Below are positions 18,986-27,752 of a DNA stretch of 64,000 bases, in pieces. The stretch comes from Candidatus Omnitrophota bacterium. Lineage in GTDB: Bacteria > Omnitrophota > JACPQZ01. The notes beneath the pieces are model-generated. The model worked only from the letters and a program-made list of their open reading frames with translations, ran no database searches and was not told the DNA's origin. The stretch covers positions 4,632-68,631 of the forward strand of contig JACPQZ010000076.1 in the NCBI GenBank assembly GCA_016190205.1, read 5' to 3'. How positions within the stretch are numbered: the first letter of the stretch is position 1; each line of letters opens with the position of its first letter. The position numbers were made by a program, and so were the translations under genes.

Positions 18986-20221
18986 TTAATTCCTCACGAG
19001 ACCCCAATTTATTTCAAGCAGATTGAGAATCGAATCGCGCAGGATACTGAGCCCGGAGTCATTGAGATGAACGGCGTCCGTATAGAGCGTTTCCCGGTGA
19101 TCCCTGAAAACACCCGCCAGACCATAAACCGGGATTTTCTCTTCTATCCTGAGCAACTCCATCGAGTTGGCAACAATTAAATATCCCAGCGCGCGCTCCC
19201 GCGTAATGGTGCCCACCGTCTTCATCTCCTCTTCTGACAAGTCCTTTCCTATGGCCGGGACGGGCTGAAGCGCAAAGAGAGTTTTAACATTCAGGCGGGT
19301 TCCGATGGCGTGCATCATCCGAATATATTTTTTGTACATATCGAAGTCGAGCAACACCCCTTCATCAGGTTCCATTCCCCCCGGGGGCGCAAAGAAAAGA
19401 GTTGTTTTTTTACGCAAGGATTTCGTTCCTCCCGCCTCGCCGCGCGCGTAGATACCGCGGGCCCATCGACGCACTCCGTTGGTTACAAGGTATGAGAGCC
19501 TGGAGTGTCGGAACAGCCACACCTCCCTCTGAAAGCGCAGGAGGGCGCCGTCCAGCCGGAGCGGCCACATGGACTTTAGCCCGCCTCCCTCCTTTTCTAT
19601 GGCGGCAAAATAGTGGTCTGGCGGCTGTTCGAAACCGTAGCCCAGGGACTTCGAGATCCCATTCATATTGGTCATTTCGTTGACACCATCGAGGGTGATA
19701 ACCCCGTCCAGAAGGTGGGCATAGAGCGCAAAGAGAATAAACTGCTGTGGCTGGTGCCAGGCAGGACCCCCCCCATTCAAAACGATGAATCGCTTGATTC
19801 CCTCACTCTTGTAGTGCTGGTTTAGCGCTTCTTCGAGGATGTTTTTCTCAGGGACGAGGCCGGCCAGTTGTGCAGCGACAGAACCTCCCGTGAGCAGGAT
19901 GACAAATGTCCCCTCTTCCTTTCTTTCAGGCCAGTCCCGTCCGGCCATGCCCCGCTCATTGACACGCATGCGATCACCCGTTAGCTCCGGATCATGAACG
20001 AAGGAAAGGTAGGGATGGGGCATGATCAAATCAGCATGAGTCAAACCCTTGGGGACCACGTCCTCCATAAAACTGTTTCTTTGTGCAAGCATTTTGTCTG
20101 GGACGGACACAAAAAAACCGTCTGTTTTGCGGTAATAGATTAGGCAGGCTAACTCCAACAGGATAAGCGTTGCAAGGATGGAACAAATAACTAGTTCAAG
20201 TCGGACAAGGAGCCGTTTCAC
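18986..20221 (-). CDS. Membrane-anchored SGNH-hydrolase-like hypothetical protein
   Basis: N-terminal TM, GGSVA, DGVNE, DAVH; GTG 20221 chosen to avoid overlap with the upstream gene. Confidence 0.55.
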   Translation of the reverse strand: MKRLLVRLELVICSILATLILLELACLIYYRKTDGFFVSVPDKMLAQRNSFMEDVVPKGLTHADLIMPHPYLSFVHDPELTGDRMRVNERGMAGRDWPERKEEGTFVILLTGGSVAAQLAGLVPEKNILEEALNQHYKSEGIKRFIVLNGGGPAWHQPQQFILFALYAHLLDGVITLDGVNEMTNMNGISKSLGYGFEQPPDHYFAAIEKEGGGLKSMWPLRLDGALLRFQREVWLFRHSRLSYLVTNGVRRWARGIYARGEAGGTKSLRKKTTLFFAPPGGMEPDEGVLLDFDMYKKYIRMMHAIGTRLNVKTLFALQPVPAIGKDLSEEEMKTVGTITRERALGYLIVANSMELLRIEEKIPVYGLAGVFRDHRETLYTDAVHLNDSGLSILRDSILNLLEINWGLVRN

Positions 20222-20228
20222 AATTTCG

Positions 20229-21248
20229 TCAGTTCGCAACCGACTGCCCGGTCCGTTCCTTCGGTTCATAAAATACAAACTCAAAAAACACCCTCATCTC
20301 CTGCCATGACTTTTGATCGGCATCCGCGTGATAGGCCACGCCCTTGGCTGGATCGTCCCCCGCTTCGGGCACGGTGAAGCTATGCACAGCCCCGGGGAAG
20401 ATGATCAACCGGTAGTCCACATCCCCCTTTTGCATCTCCTCCTCGAAGGTCCTTCTTTCCTCGGCGGAAATATGGGGATCATCTGCCCCTGTTAGGACAA
20501 GCACCTTTCCTTTTATGTTTTGAGCATCCTCCGGGTGCGGCGTCGAAAGCCCTCCGTGAAAGCTCACCACCCCCTTCAAATCCTCCCCCGCCCGGGCCAA
20601 TTCAAGTACCGCCATGCCTCCGAAACAATACCCGATGGCCCCCAACCGGGAGCTGTCCGTCAGAGGGTGCCCCTTCAATACGTCCAGGCCTGCCGCAGCC
20701 CGGGCCCGCATGAGATTTCGCTCCTGCCGGAAAACTCCGGAGAGCTGAGCCGCCTCTTCATGCGTCTGGGCGTAGACGCCCTTGCCATACATGTCTACCG
20801 CAAACGCGATGTACCCGAGTTCCGCAAGCTCGCGGGCACGTCTTTTTGCATACTCATTAAGCCCTTTCCACTCATGCACCACAAGCACGCCCGGCCGTTT
20901 ACCTTGCAAAGCGTCGTCATAGGCAAGATAGCCTTCCAGTTCCACATCCCCGTGCGTGTAGGGAACAGCCTCTGTGCGTATGGCCGCCTGCCCCGTCCCA
21001 GGGTAAAATAGAAAGAATGCGAAACACAAACACGCAATTTCCACGAGCTTCCTGCGCCCGCGCTCGTTTCTTAGGATTCTCACGCCGGATTTTTTCACGC
21101 CAAAATGCCCCGCCAGAAGTTCTATGACCGCCTGATTGGCCCGGCCGTCCTCGGCCGGCGCAGTCACGTACACCTTGAGCCCTCCCTCCATGGGCACCAC
21201 CCGGTTGTGCCGGGCCCTCGGCACCACCCTAATTTCTACACGCTGCAT
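20229..21248 (-). CDS. DUF167/YggU domain fused in frame to a dienelactone hydrolase
   Basis: LKVYVTAPAEDGRAN (YggU); VVHEW, GYCFGG, SFHG, GAVHSF (DLH). Confidence 0.85.
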   Translation of the reverse strand: MQRVEIRVVPRARHNRVVPMEGGLKVYVTAPAEDGRANQAVIELLAGHFGVKKSGVRILRNERGRRKLVEIACLCFAFFLFYPGTGQAAIRTEAVPYTHGDVELEGYLAYDDALQGKRPGVLVVHEWKGLNEYAKRRARELAELGYIAFAVDMYGKGVYAQTHEEAAQLSGVFRQERNLMRARAAAGLDVLKGHPLTDSSRLGAIGYCFGGMAVLELARAGEDLKGVVSFHGGLSTPHPEDAQNIKGKVLVLTGADDPHISAEERRTFEEEMQKGDVDYRLIIFPGAVHSFTVPEAGDDPAKGVAYHADADQKSWQEMRVFFEFVFYEPKERTGQSVAN

Positions 21249-21287
21249 ATTTCGTCCACGGCTCGAAAAACAAGTGCAGAAACGAAC

Positions 21288-22931
21288 TTATTTTAACTTA
21301 AAACGCCGGGGCCGTGAGAATTTTCGAAAGCCCTGCGTGTTGAACACTCCACGTTCGAGGGAACCGCGCGTGCGAGTTAAGCTTCGCCCGGGATAACGGA
21401 AAACTTTACGCGACCCGCTTCCAGTGATCTCCCCTGGGATAGGGTATCCCAAAGTTTCCCAGACATACCGTGTCAGCGTCTGGCCGGGAGCGGCAAAACC
21501 CCTGGCCGGGTTATTGACGACCGTGTAAGGGTTTCCCTGCCAGTCTGCGGTGGGATATTCAAATCCATCCGGTTCGGAAAAGAGGACGTGTATGCGGTCC
21601 TCATAGGGCCAGGGCCAGAGGTTTTCGCCTGTGAGGGCATCATACCCGGTTTCACCCCACAAGGTGCCCGATTCACCGTAACGTTTGAGGAGAGTCGCCC
21701 CGCGAATCCTTCCTCCCTCGCCCGTACCAGCGTCCGGACTCCGGACTATGTATCTGAAACCGGGATCGGTGACCGAAGCATTCGTTCCCTGCGCCTGCCA
21801 TCCGGGAACATAGGTATTGTAGCGGACAAAATCGCCGCCCTGGTTCGCACCCGAATTATGGAAAAATAAGCTGTTCTGGATCGTTGTGAAAACGTTGGTA
21901 CCCGCCGACCCCGACCACTGATCTATCCCCCGCGACGTCGTTCCCACCGTAACCTGATCAATCAGCGTGGCGCCTTGAGGGTGTCCGTCACGCATGGCAA
22001 TGCCGACGTCCTCCACATCCCAGACCACGCTGTTCACCACGTCATTGCCCCGCGCCGGATAATCCTCATTGATCAAAAATCCTACGGCGGGGATGTGAAG
22101 AGCGAGACAACCCCGATACTTAATATCCTCGGCCGCGTGTACGTTCTGCATGCCCGCCCCCAGGCCCGGGTTTGCGTTGTAGTCCACCACCACGCAATTT
22201 TGCGCGAGCGAGGCGCGCGCGGCCGCGATGGTGCCCACTGCGCCATAAAAGGCGATCCCGGATTTAGGTTCTCGCTCGGTATTTCCATCAAAACGCACGA
22301 CACAACGGCGCAGGATTACGTTTTCGGATTCGAAGACGATAATGCCATAGACCATGGTGCCCACGACCCACACATCTTCTAAAAGGACGTGGTGACTGCC
22401 TTCACTGATCGAGATGACCTCACCGTAGCGCGAATCAATCGGGACGCCATTCTTGACCCCCGTACGCATAAGTTTAATATGATCGGAATGACGTATCCGG
22501 ACACCTCCACGCCGTAAGGTAAGCCCTTCGATCTGGACATAGGACGACCCCCTGGCGGTTCCGTCGACCGGACCTCCGAGGAAGATGCCGGCATCTTCCA
22601 GGACGGCGAGGCCGTCGTGTTCAGCTTTGATCACCGTGTAGGCGTATGAGAATCCGCTGGGGGGCGAGTAGGAGTTATAGGGCTGGCCGGGAAAAAACCG
22701 GCCCATGGGCTCACGGTAAGTCCCGTCGAGAAGAATCAGCGTATCCCCGGCCGCCATGACATCTTTGAAGGCGTGGCTGAAGGTGGCCCAAGGCAGGTCA
22801 CGGGTGCCAGGATTACCGTCATTTCCGGAGGGGGAAACGTAATAAGCGGCGGGGGGTTGCTGGACGAACGGCGAAATGACTTTTCGCACCACCGCCGCCG
22901 GCGCAGTTTCCGGAACCACCAAGAGGTACAT
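21288..22931 (-). CDS. Secreted right-handed beta-helix (pectate-lyase-like) protein; start uncertain
   Basis: YYVSPSGNDGNPGT..PWATF..AGDTLILLDGTY DUF1565-type N-terminus followed by beta-helix repeats. Confidence 0.7.
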   Translation of the reverse strand: MYLLVVPETAPAAVVRKVISPFVQQPPAAYYVSPSGNDGNPGTRDLPWATFSHAFKDVMAAGDTLILLDGTYREPMGRFFPGQPYNSYSPPSGFSYAYTVIKAEHDGLAVLEDAGIFLGGPVDGTARGSSYVQIEGLTLRRGGVRIRHSDHIKLMRTGVKNGVPIDSRYGEVISISEGSHHVLLEDVWVVGTMVYGIIVFESENVILRRCVVRFDGNTEREPKSGIAFYGAVGTIAAARASLAQNCVVVDYNANPGLGAGMQNVHAAEDIKYRGCLALHIPAVGFLINEDYPARGNDVVNSVVWDVEDVGIAMRDGHPQGATLIDQVTVGTTSRGIDQWSGSAGTNVFTTIQNSLFFHNSGANQGGDFVRYNTYVPGWQAQGTNASVTDPGFRYIVRSPDAGTGEGGRIRGATLLKRYGESGTLWGETGYDALTGENLWPWPYEDRIHVLFSEPDGFEYPTADWQGNPYTVVNNPARGFAAPGQTLTRYVWETLGYPIPGEITGSGSRKVFRYPGRSLTRTRGSLERGVFNTQGFRKFSRPRRFKLK

Positions 22932-22974
22932 GGCAGCGGCCAAAAAAACGAACGCCGAGAGCGAATCTTCCTTC

Positions 22975-23018
22975 GCGGCCAGGCACAAGCGGTTCTTTCG
23001 CTCTTCGTCTTTGAATGC
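22975..23018 (-). pseudogene. 44-bp remnant of a pirin paralog
   Basis: AFKDEERKNRLCLAA vs AFKPELRKNRLCLAA in the pirin at 27261-27304 (13/15 aa, 34/44 nt by manual alignment). Confidence 0.6.
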
Positions 23019-23040
23019 GCACTTTTTAAGGTGCGGGGAC

Positions 23041-23373
23041 TTAGCGGTCTCGGCGGGCGGCATAGGTGAGATGTGAAAAGTAGCGCCGCCAGGCCTCCTC
23101 CGTGGAACCATACTCGTTGGCTCCGAGGAAGTCATCGGCCAGGGCCTCCCTCATACGGGCAAGCTCTTTAAGACGGGGGGCTTCCCAGCCGCCTTCCAGG
23201 GTCAAGTCCACGAGCTCGAGGGCCCTTTCGAGTGCCCTCAGACTGTAGGCGGCGTTTTGCTTAGCCCGCCAGTTGAGCGCCCGCTCGACCTCACTTCCGA
23301 TGTTCGCCATCTGTTCGAGAAACGATAATCGGTACCAGCGCCCTGCTGCAAGGGATTTGTGCTGAACACTCAC
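23041..23373 (-). CDS. Conserved hypothetical helical protein, partner of DUF5674
   Basis: RW..LS..EQMANIGSEVERA motif; start overlaps the DUF5674 stop. Confidence 0.7.
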   Translation of the reverse strand: MSVQHKSLAAGRWYRLSFLEQMANIGSEVERALNWRAKQNAAYSLRALERALELVDLTLEGGWEAPRLKELARMREALADDFLGANEYGSTEEAWRRYFSHLTYAARRDR

Positions 23374-23711
23374 CGGGTGATCCTCTTTCCGACGATTGCC
23401 ATGATCTTTTTGCGGGTAGCCTCGCTCTCCACGCCGCGGCTCCTGTTACCCTGCGACGGGCGCATGTTGATCATGGAATCGAACTCCACCCATTCGTCCG
23501 CCTTCGCCGCCGGATAGAAGTTGATGCCCCAGAGACCCCGCTGCTTCGAACCATTCTCCAGGAGGAGTGCTTCGAGATCCGCGTGCAGCTCGGCATCCAG
23601 CGCGATGAGCTCCCGCTCCACATCCACGACCGCCTTGACCATATCCCCGAAGCCCCGGGCGGCTATTTCGTTAACCTCGTTCAGCGTGATCGCGTCCGTA
23701 ATAATCTTCAT
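23370..23711 (-). CDS. DUF5674 family protein
   Basis: VKAVVDV, LHADLEALLLENGSKQ.LWG.N, SMINMRP.QGNRSR. Confidence 0.8.
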   Translation of the reverse strand: MKIITDAITLNEVNEIAARGFGDMVKAVVDVERELIALDAELHADLEALLLENGSKQRGLWGINFYPAAKADEWVEFDSMINMRPSQGNRSRGVESEATRKKIMAIVGKRITR

Positions 23712-23792
23712 GAGAAATATTTACTGATCACCTCACGATATCCGTGTGCTCACGCCAGCGTACTTCAATGCCTTCGCGGGCTTCGATCACGA

Positions 23793-24281
23793 TCAATTTT
23801 GGTCTTTAATCTTCTCTTGAATCCTGCGCCTGGCGCGCTTATTAAACTCGGAAAAGGCCATGTCCATCTGCCGGTCTGAGATGACCACCCAACGTACCTT
23901 CCGGCTCCCGGCATAACGTTCAAACTCGCTCAACGTTTGGGCATCGGTCGGATTGACAGTCGCAGCCGTTAATGACCACTCATCCTGAAAGAGGGGTAAG
24001 CATCTCTTTTCAACCGCCAGCGTCGGATTCACCTTCTGGACCACATCCCAGTCTATTTGATCGAAAACTAAATTGAGATACGGGAGCTCGAATTTTTCCG
24101 ATAGTGCCTGGGCCAAATCGCTGTCTGAAATGATACTTCTCTTGAGGAGAATTTGACCTAAAAACTCGTGGGTTCTTTGCTGCTCCGCCAGCGCCGAAAT
24201 AAGCTGGATTTCATTGATCAATCCCCGATCACGCAGAATTTCCCCGATCTGCTTTTTATTTTTCTTTTGTTCAACAGTCAT
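23793..24281 (-). CDS. Stand-alone MshEN / GspE-PilB N-terminal domain protein
   Basis: QIGEILRDRGLINEIQLISALAEQ..LGQILL; no ATPase domain. Confidence 0.8.
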   Translation of the reverse strand: MTVEQKKNKKQIGEILRDRGLINEIQLISALAEQQRTHEFLGQILLKRSIISDSDLAQALSEKFELPYLNLVFDQIDWDVVQKVNPTLAVEKRCLPLFQDEWSLTAATVNPTDAQTLSEFERYAGSRKVRWVVISDRQMDMAFSEFNKRARRRIQEKIKDQN

Positions 24282-24333
24282 GGGGGGTCCTTTCGGGAGA
24301 CTTTATTATCTATTTTATTGCTTCATCAACTTT

Positions 24334-24410
24334 TCATTCGGTACCATCATTCGGTACCAGGTACCGGATAGGGTTTAAACTGGGTTTCACTGTCGTGCCA
24401 GGCACCGAAA
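24334..24410. repeat. REP-like palindrome doublet (GTRCCAGGYAC)
   Basis: TTCGGTACCAGGTACCGGA ... GTGCCAGGCACCGAAA, with a tandem TCATTCGGTACCA duplication. Confidence 0.75.
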
Positions 24411-24412
24411 CT

Positions 24413-24943
24413 TCATCCAATATCCAACAGGTTCTTATAGCGCTTTAGAAATTGGCGGTCCTTGGGCCGACCGGCAATCTCTTTTGAGCGCAAAAGTTTT
24501 TCCAACCGACCCACCTTCACAGGTATCTGGTCTACCGTAAAAGTTGCTGCATCCTTGGCTAAATCCGAGAAGGGATAGCCTGACACCTTGAGCAATAATT
24601 CAATCATGACGCCATCCGGGGTGGTTGCTACAAGAGTGCGCTGCTCTTTGACGAGCCGCGCGAGACTGGCTGCCTCTAACTTTCCCTGCGCTGTGCCAAG
24701 GGAAAAACCCAGCGCCTCAAGATTTACAACCGCCTTTTTTACATTCGCCAGAGTGGGATCCAGAAATATATCATAATCCATCGTTGCAAACATTTCGGAA
24801 GGATTACGGGCGTAGTAATTAATGCCGGACATTCCCACCACCACATAACGCACGCCCTTGCGATTAAATTCATCCACCACCCTCTGGTACGGGTCTCCCC
24901 CCTCAATCTTATTTACCATACGGTCACGAACGCTTCTTGCCAT
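24413..24943 (-). CDS. Nucleotidyltransferase-fold protein (DUF6036-like)
   Basis: YVVVG, TMDYDI, K..AGRPKD. Confidence 0.75.
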   Translation of the reverse strand: MARSVRDRMVNKIEGGDPYQRVVDEFNRKGVRYVVVGMSGINYYARNPSEMFATMDYDIFLDPTLANVKKAVVNLEALGFSLGTAQGKLEAASLARLVKEQRTLVATTPDGVMIELLLKVSGYPFSDLAKDAATFTVDQIPVKVGRLEKLLRSKEIAGRPKDRQFLKRYKNLLDIG

Positions 24944-25268
24944 AGTGACGCTGCCATGCGAGCAAGGTCCTGTGAACCCAGGTCTTCTCCGCCCCGTCCG
25001 GGCTATCCAGATCCCGTGCGCGGACCCTGCCTAACAGCTCGGGTTGCTTAGAGAGGGAGCCTGCCTCAGCGGGCACGTTCTCTAACAAGTCGGAAGGACT
25101 TACTCCCAGAAAGGCGGCGAGTTTGGCCAAGGCGTGGAGCGAAACTGACCGCTTGCCCGAGTCCATCGCTGAGACGTTCGAACGGTAGAGCCCCAGGCTC
25201 CTGGCCACCTGTGAAGCGGTCCAGCCTCTTTCCCGGGCCACCTGCGTAATACGGGTTCGGATTGGCAT
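24924..25268 (-). CDS. XRE-family HTH regulator
   Basis: RGWTASQVARSLGLYRSNVSAMDSGKRSVSLHALAKLA. Confidence 0.8.
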   Translation of the reverse strand: MPIRTRITQVARERGWTASQVARSLGLYRSNVSAMDSGKRSVSLHALAKLAAFLGVSPSDLLENVPAEAGSLSKQPELLGRVRARDLDSPDGAEKTWVHRTLLAWQRHYGKKRS

Positions 25269-25275
25269 CTCTGTA

Positions 25276-25304
25276 ATGTTATCATATACTGATAACAAAA
25301 GCAA
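25276..25304 (-). promoter_or_regulatory. Sigma70-like promoter with inverted-repeat operator; probably leaderless
   Basis: TTGCTT-N17-TAACAT ends 7 nt before ATG 25268; TGTTATC-N7-GATAACA palindrome overlaps it. Confidence 0.65.
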
Positions 25305-25310
25305 CTCATC

Positions 25311-25463
25311 TTATTTCACCTCATTCGGAGAAATGAGGACGGTCTTGCCGTTTTTCCATATCGCCAGCGGCCGGCCTGTTTTCTTATGCCGCTTAACCAC
25401 CTCCCGAACCGCTTTTTTCAGAGCCGCTTCAGCTTTATCCTGCAAAGACATTCTTTTTTTCAT
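25311..25463 (-). CDS. Small basic partner of the zeta-toxin-like ATPase (50 aa, not in track)
   Basis: Manual ORF MKKRMSLQDKAEAALKKAVREVVKRHKKTGRPLAIWKNGKTVLISPNEVK abutting the upstream stop. Confidence 0.7.
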   Translation of the reverse strand: MKKRMSLQDKAEAALKKAVREVVKRHKKTGRPLAIWKNGKTVLISPNEVK

Positions 25464-26042
25464 TTACCGTCTCGCACTTCTTTGAACCATCGCAAATAAA
25501 TCATCGTTCATTATTTCTCTGTGACCGTTTCGTTTTTTCGCGATCAATACCGGCTTCGACTTGGAATTATCAAACAACATCCAGGAATCGAGCAATGGCT
25601 CATACAGGTTGGAAAAATTATCGAGGCCGCGAGTGAATCTTCTGCGCACGTCTTCCGCAGGCACATGATGGCCGCCTTCCGCCACCCGGTCTTTAATACG
25701 TGCGATCGCCAGTTCCGCGCTCGGAATCCAGAGAAAGAAAAGATGAACCGTATAGCCTTTCTTTTTTAGATCAGTGAGTAGAGTTGCGTAGGATTTACCG
25801 GATAAAGTCGTCTCAAATGCAAAAACAACGCCGCGCCTGGCGTATTCATGGATCTCATGAAGAACGAGCTTACCGGCTTTGATCGCCGCGGCGCGAGGCC
25901 CAAAGGGGGCCAGTCCTTGAGCGATGAGGTCTGCATTTACAAAATTCGGGCAATTCACATAATCCGGTAAGAACAGCCTCGCAAAGGTCGTCTTACCCGA
26001 TCCATTGGGTCCCGCAATAATGTAAACCGCTTTATGCTTCAT
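25464..26042 (-). CDS. Zeta-toxin-like P-loop ATPase (COG4185-type)
   Basis: IIAGPNGSGKTT, FVNAD.IA, FETTLSG, RVAEGGH. Confidence 0.88.
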   Translation of the reverse strand: MKHKAVYIIAGPNGSGKTTFARLFLPDYVNCPNFVNADLIAQGLAPFGPRAAAIKAGKLVLHEIHEYARRGVVFAFETTLSGKSYATLLTDLKKKGYTVHLFFLWIPSAELAIARIKDRVAEGGHHVPAEDVRRRFTRGLDNFSNLYEPLLDSWMLFDNSKSKPVLIAKKRNGHREIMNDDLFAMVQRSARR

Positions 26043-26069
26043 AGTCGGCCTGTTCAGCCTTAGTGAACG

Positions 26070-26115
26070 GAGTCATGTCTTGCAAAATAATATGTGATAT
26101 TGCAAGACCTGACCC
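26070..26115. repeat. Inverted-repeat doublet (TTGCAAGACCTGACCC type)
   Basis: GAGTCATGTCTTGCAA / TTGCAAGACCTGACCC, 14/16 complementary. Confidence 0.7.
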
Positions 26116-26116
26116 T

Positions 26117-26878
26117 TCACGCGAACTCACGTTTCCTGAAATGGATTCCCGTATTGTCCGTAGGCCTCAACTCGTGTTTGATCCCCCGCCTGAGCATAAA
26201 CTCATCCACCGCTTTCTTACAGCCCTTCCAATAGCAGTAATCGTCGATCACCACGTAGCCATCTGGAACCACTTGATCGTAGAGTTCCTCCAGACAAATT
26301 TTAATTGATTCATAGTAATCGCCGTCCAAGTGGAGCAATGCAATGTCACCCATTGCTTTCTTATGCGAGGGGATAGTTTCATGAAACCAACCCTTGACGA
26401 AATGACCACGGCCCGCCGGAAACCTCAATGTTTTGTATAAAAGGCCTTTGGCGATCGTTTCCGGAGCGGATAATGCCCCTTTAGGAAACGTTTCGCCACT
26501 GGCTGTTTCATCCAACGCAGAAGCGTCCGGTAAGCCCTGCCATGAGTCGAAAAGCCACACGTGCCTTTTCGGATGCCGGTTGGCGACGGTATGAAGGACG
26601 GCGGCGCTCCCACCCCGGCACACGCCAAACTCCGCGAAACACCCTTTGACCCGGTCCCGGTTTAATATGGTTCCCAGCTCGAACAGCGTCAACAGTCGCG
26701 GGTACGTCAACATCGTATACGGTTTGATCTTCAAAAAAAGGTTGATCTTGCCCAGTTTCCAAAGATCTTTCTTTGGAACGCCCCGGATAAAATGCCACTC
26801 TGAATTCAGACGCGTCAGGAGCAGGTTTCTCTTCACCCATGCCTTGATAGGTTTAACCATCTGGGTGCGGACATTCAT
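26117..26878 (-). CDS. TylF/MycF/NovP-family O-methyltransferase
   Basis: EFGVCRGGS, LFDSWQGLP, KGWF, LHLDGDYYES, VIDDY. Confidence 0.9.
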   Translation of the reverse strand: MNVRTQMVKPIKAWVKRNLLLTRLNSEWHFIRGVPKKDLWKLGKINLFLKIKPYTMLTYPRLLTLFELGTILNRDRVKGCFAEFGVCRGGSAAVLHTVANRHPKRHVWLFDSWQGLPDASALDETASGETFPKGALSAPETIAKGLLYKTLRFPAGRGHFVKGWFHETIPSHKKAMGDIALLHLDGDYYESIKICLEELYDQVVPDGYVVIDDYCYWKGCKKAVDEFMLRRGIKHELRPTDNTGIHFRKREFA

Positions 26879-26887
26879 AACTCATCT

Positions 26888-26987
26888 TTCGGTACCAGGT
26901 ACAAAAGTGCCACTTATATACTGATAACAAAAGCAACTCATCGCGATTTGGCGCCGCAGTCCGTACAATGACATCGAACCTGGTACC
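26888..26987. repeat. REP-like doublet enclosing a 27-bp copy of the 25284-25310 promoter segment
   Basis: TTCGGTACCAGGTACAAAAGTGCCAC ... GAACCTGGTACC. Confidence 0.7.
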
Positions 26988-27004
26988 TATAGGTAAAAGT
27001 CATC

Positions 27005-27703
27005 TCAAGCCATATCAAACAATAGTAATTCCGCGTCACTAAGGGCGGCGATCGTTAAAAGCTTTTCCCCGCTGACTGCGGCGCCGTCGCTCTCCTTAAA
27101 CGAGACTCCATTGACTTGAACCGAGCCGCGGGCCGCCTGTATCCAGGCGTGACGGTACATGTCTATGGCATATTCCACCTTTTTGCCTTTTTCGAGGGAT
27201 GAGATATAGAGACTGGCATCCTGATGGATTTTTAGGGCGCCTGCGGACGGCCGGCCGGCCGCGGCAAGGCACAACCGGTTTTTTCGCAGCTCGGGCTTGA
27301 AAGCACGCTGCTCATAACCAGGCTTGAGCCCATTTTTCTCCGGCAAGATCCAAATTTGCAGTAAATGCACGGGGTTCGTCCGGGACGGGTTGAACTCACT
27401 GTGAGTCACGCCCGTTCCGGCACTCATGCGCTGTACTTCCCCGGGCCGGATGACTGCACCGCTCCCCATACTGTCCCTGTGTTCCAGCTCGCCTTCCAGG
27501 ATATAGGTTATGATCTCCATATCTCTGTGCCCGTGCGTGCCAAAACCCTTTCCGGGCTCAATCCGATCCTCATTGATGACCCGAAGGCACCTAAAACCCA
27601 TATGCTTGGGGTCATGATAATCAGCAAATGAGAAGGTGTGATAGGAATCCAGCCAACCGTGATTGGCATGACCCCGCTCACCGGCTTTTCTGATTTGAAT
27701 CAT
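27005..27703 (-). CDS. Pirin family protein (YhhW-like)
   Basis: HGWLDSYHTFSF, HGHRDMEI, MSAGTGVTHSE, LQIW. Confidence 0.93.
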   Translation of the reverse strand: MIQIRKAGERGHANHGWLDSYHTFSFADYHDPKHMGFRCLRVINEDRIEPGKGFGTHGHRDMEIITYILEGELEHRDSMGSGAVIRPGEVQRMSAGTGVTHSEFNPSRTNPVHLLQIWILPEKNGLKPGYEQRAFKPELRKNRLCLAAAGRPSAGALKIHQDASLYISSLEKGKKVEYAIDMYRHAWIQAARGSVQVNGVSFKESDGAAVSGEKLLTIAALSDAELLLFDMA

Positions 27704-27752
27704 CGTTCATGCCTTTGAATATGCCGTTTTTACGGGCCGCTTTGCTTTCCAC

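Noticed and set aside
22941-22948. Phase-variable T7 tract joining ORF 23022 to the beta-helix gene
   Set aside because: The tract is short and the downstream frame is already open, so no slippage is required.
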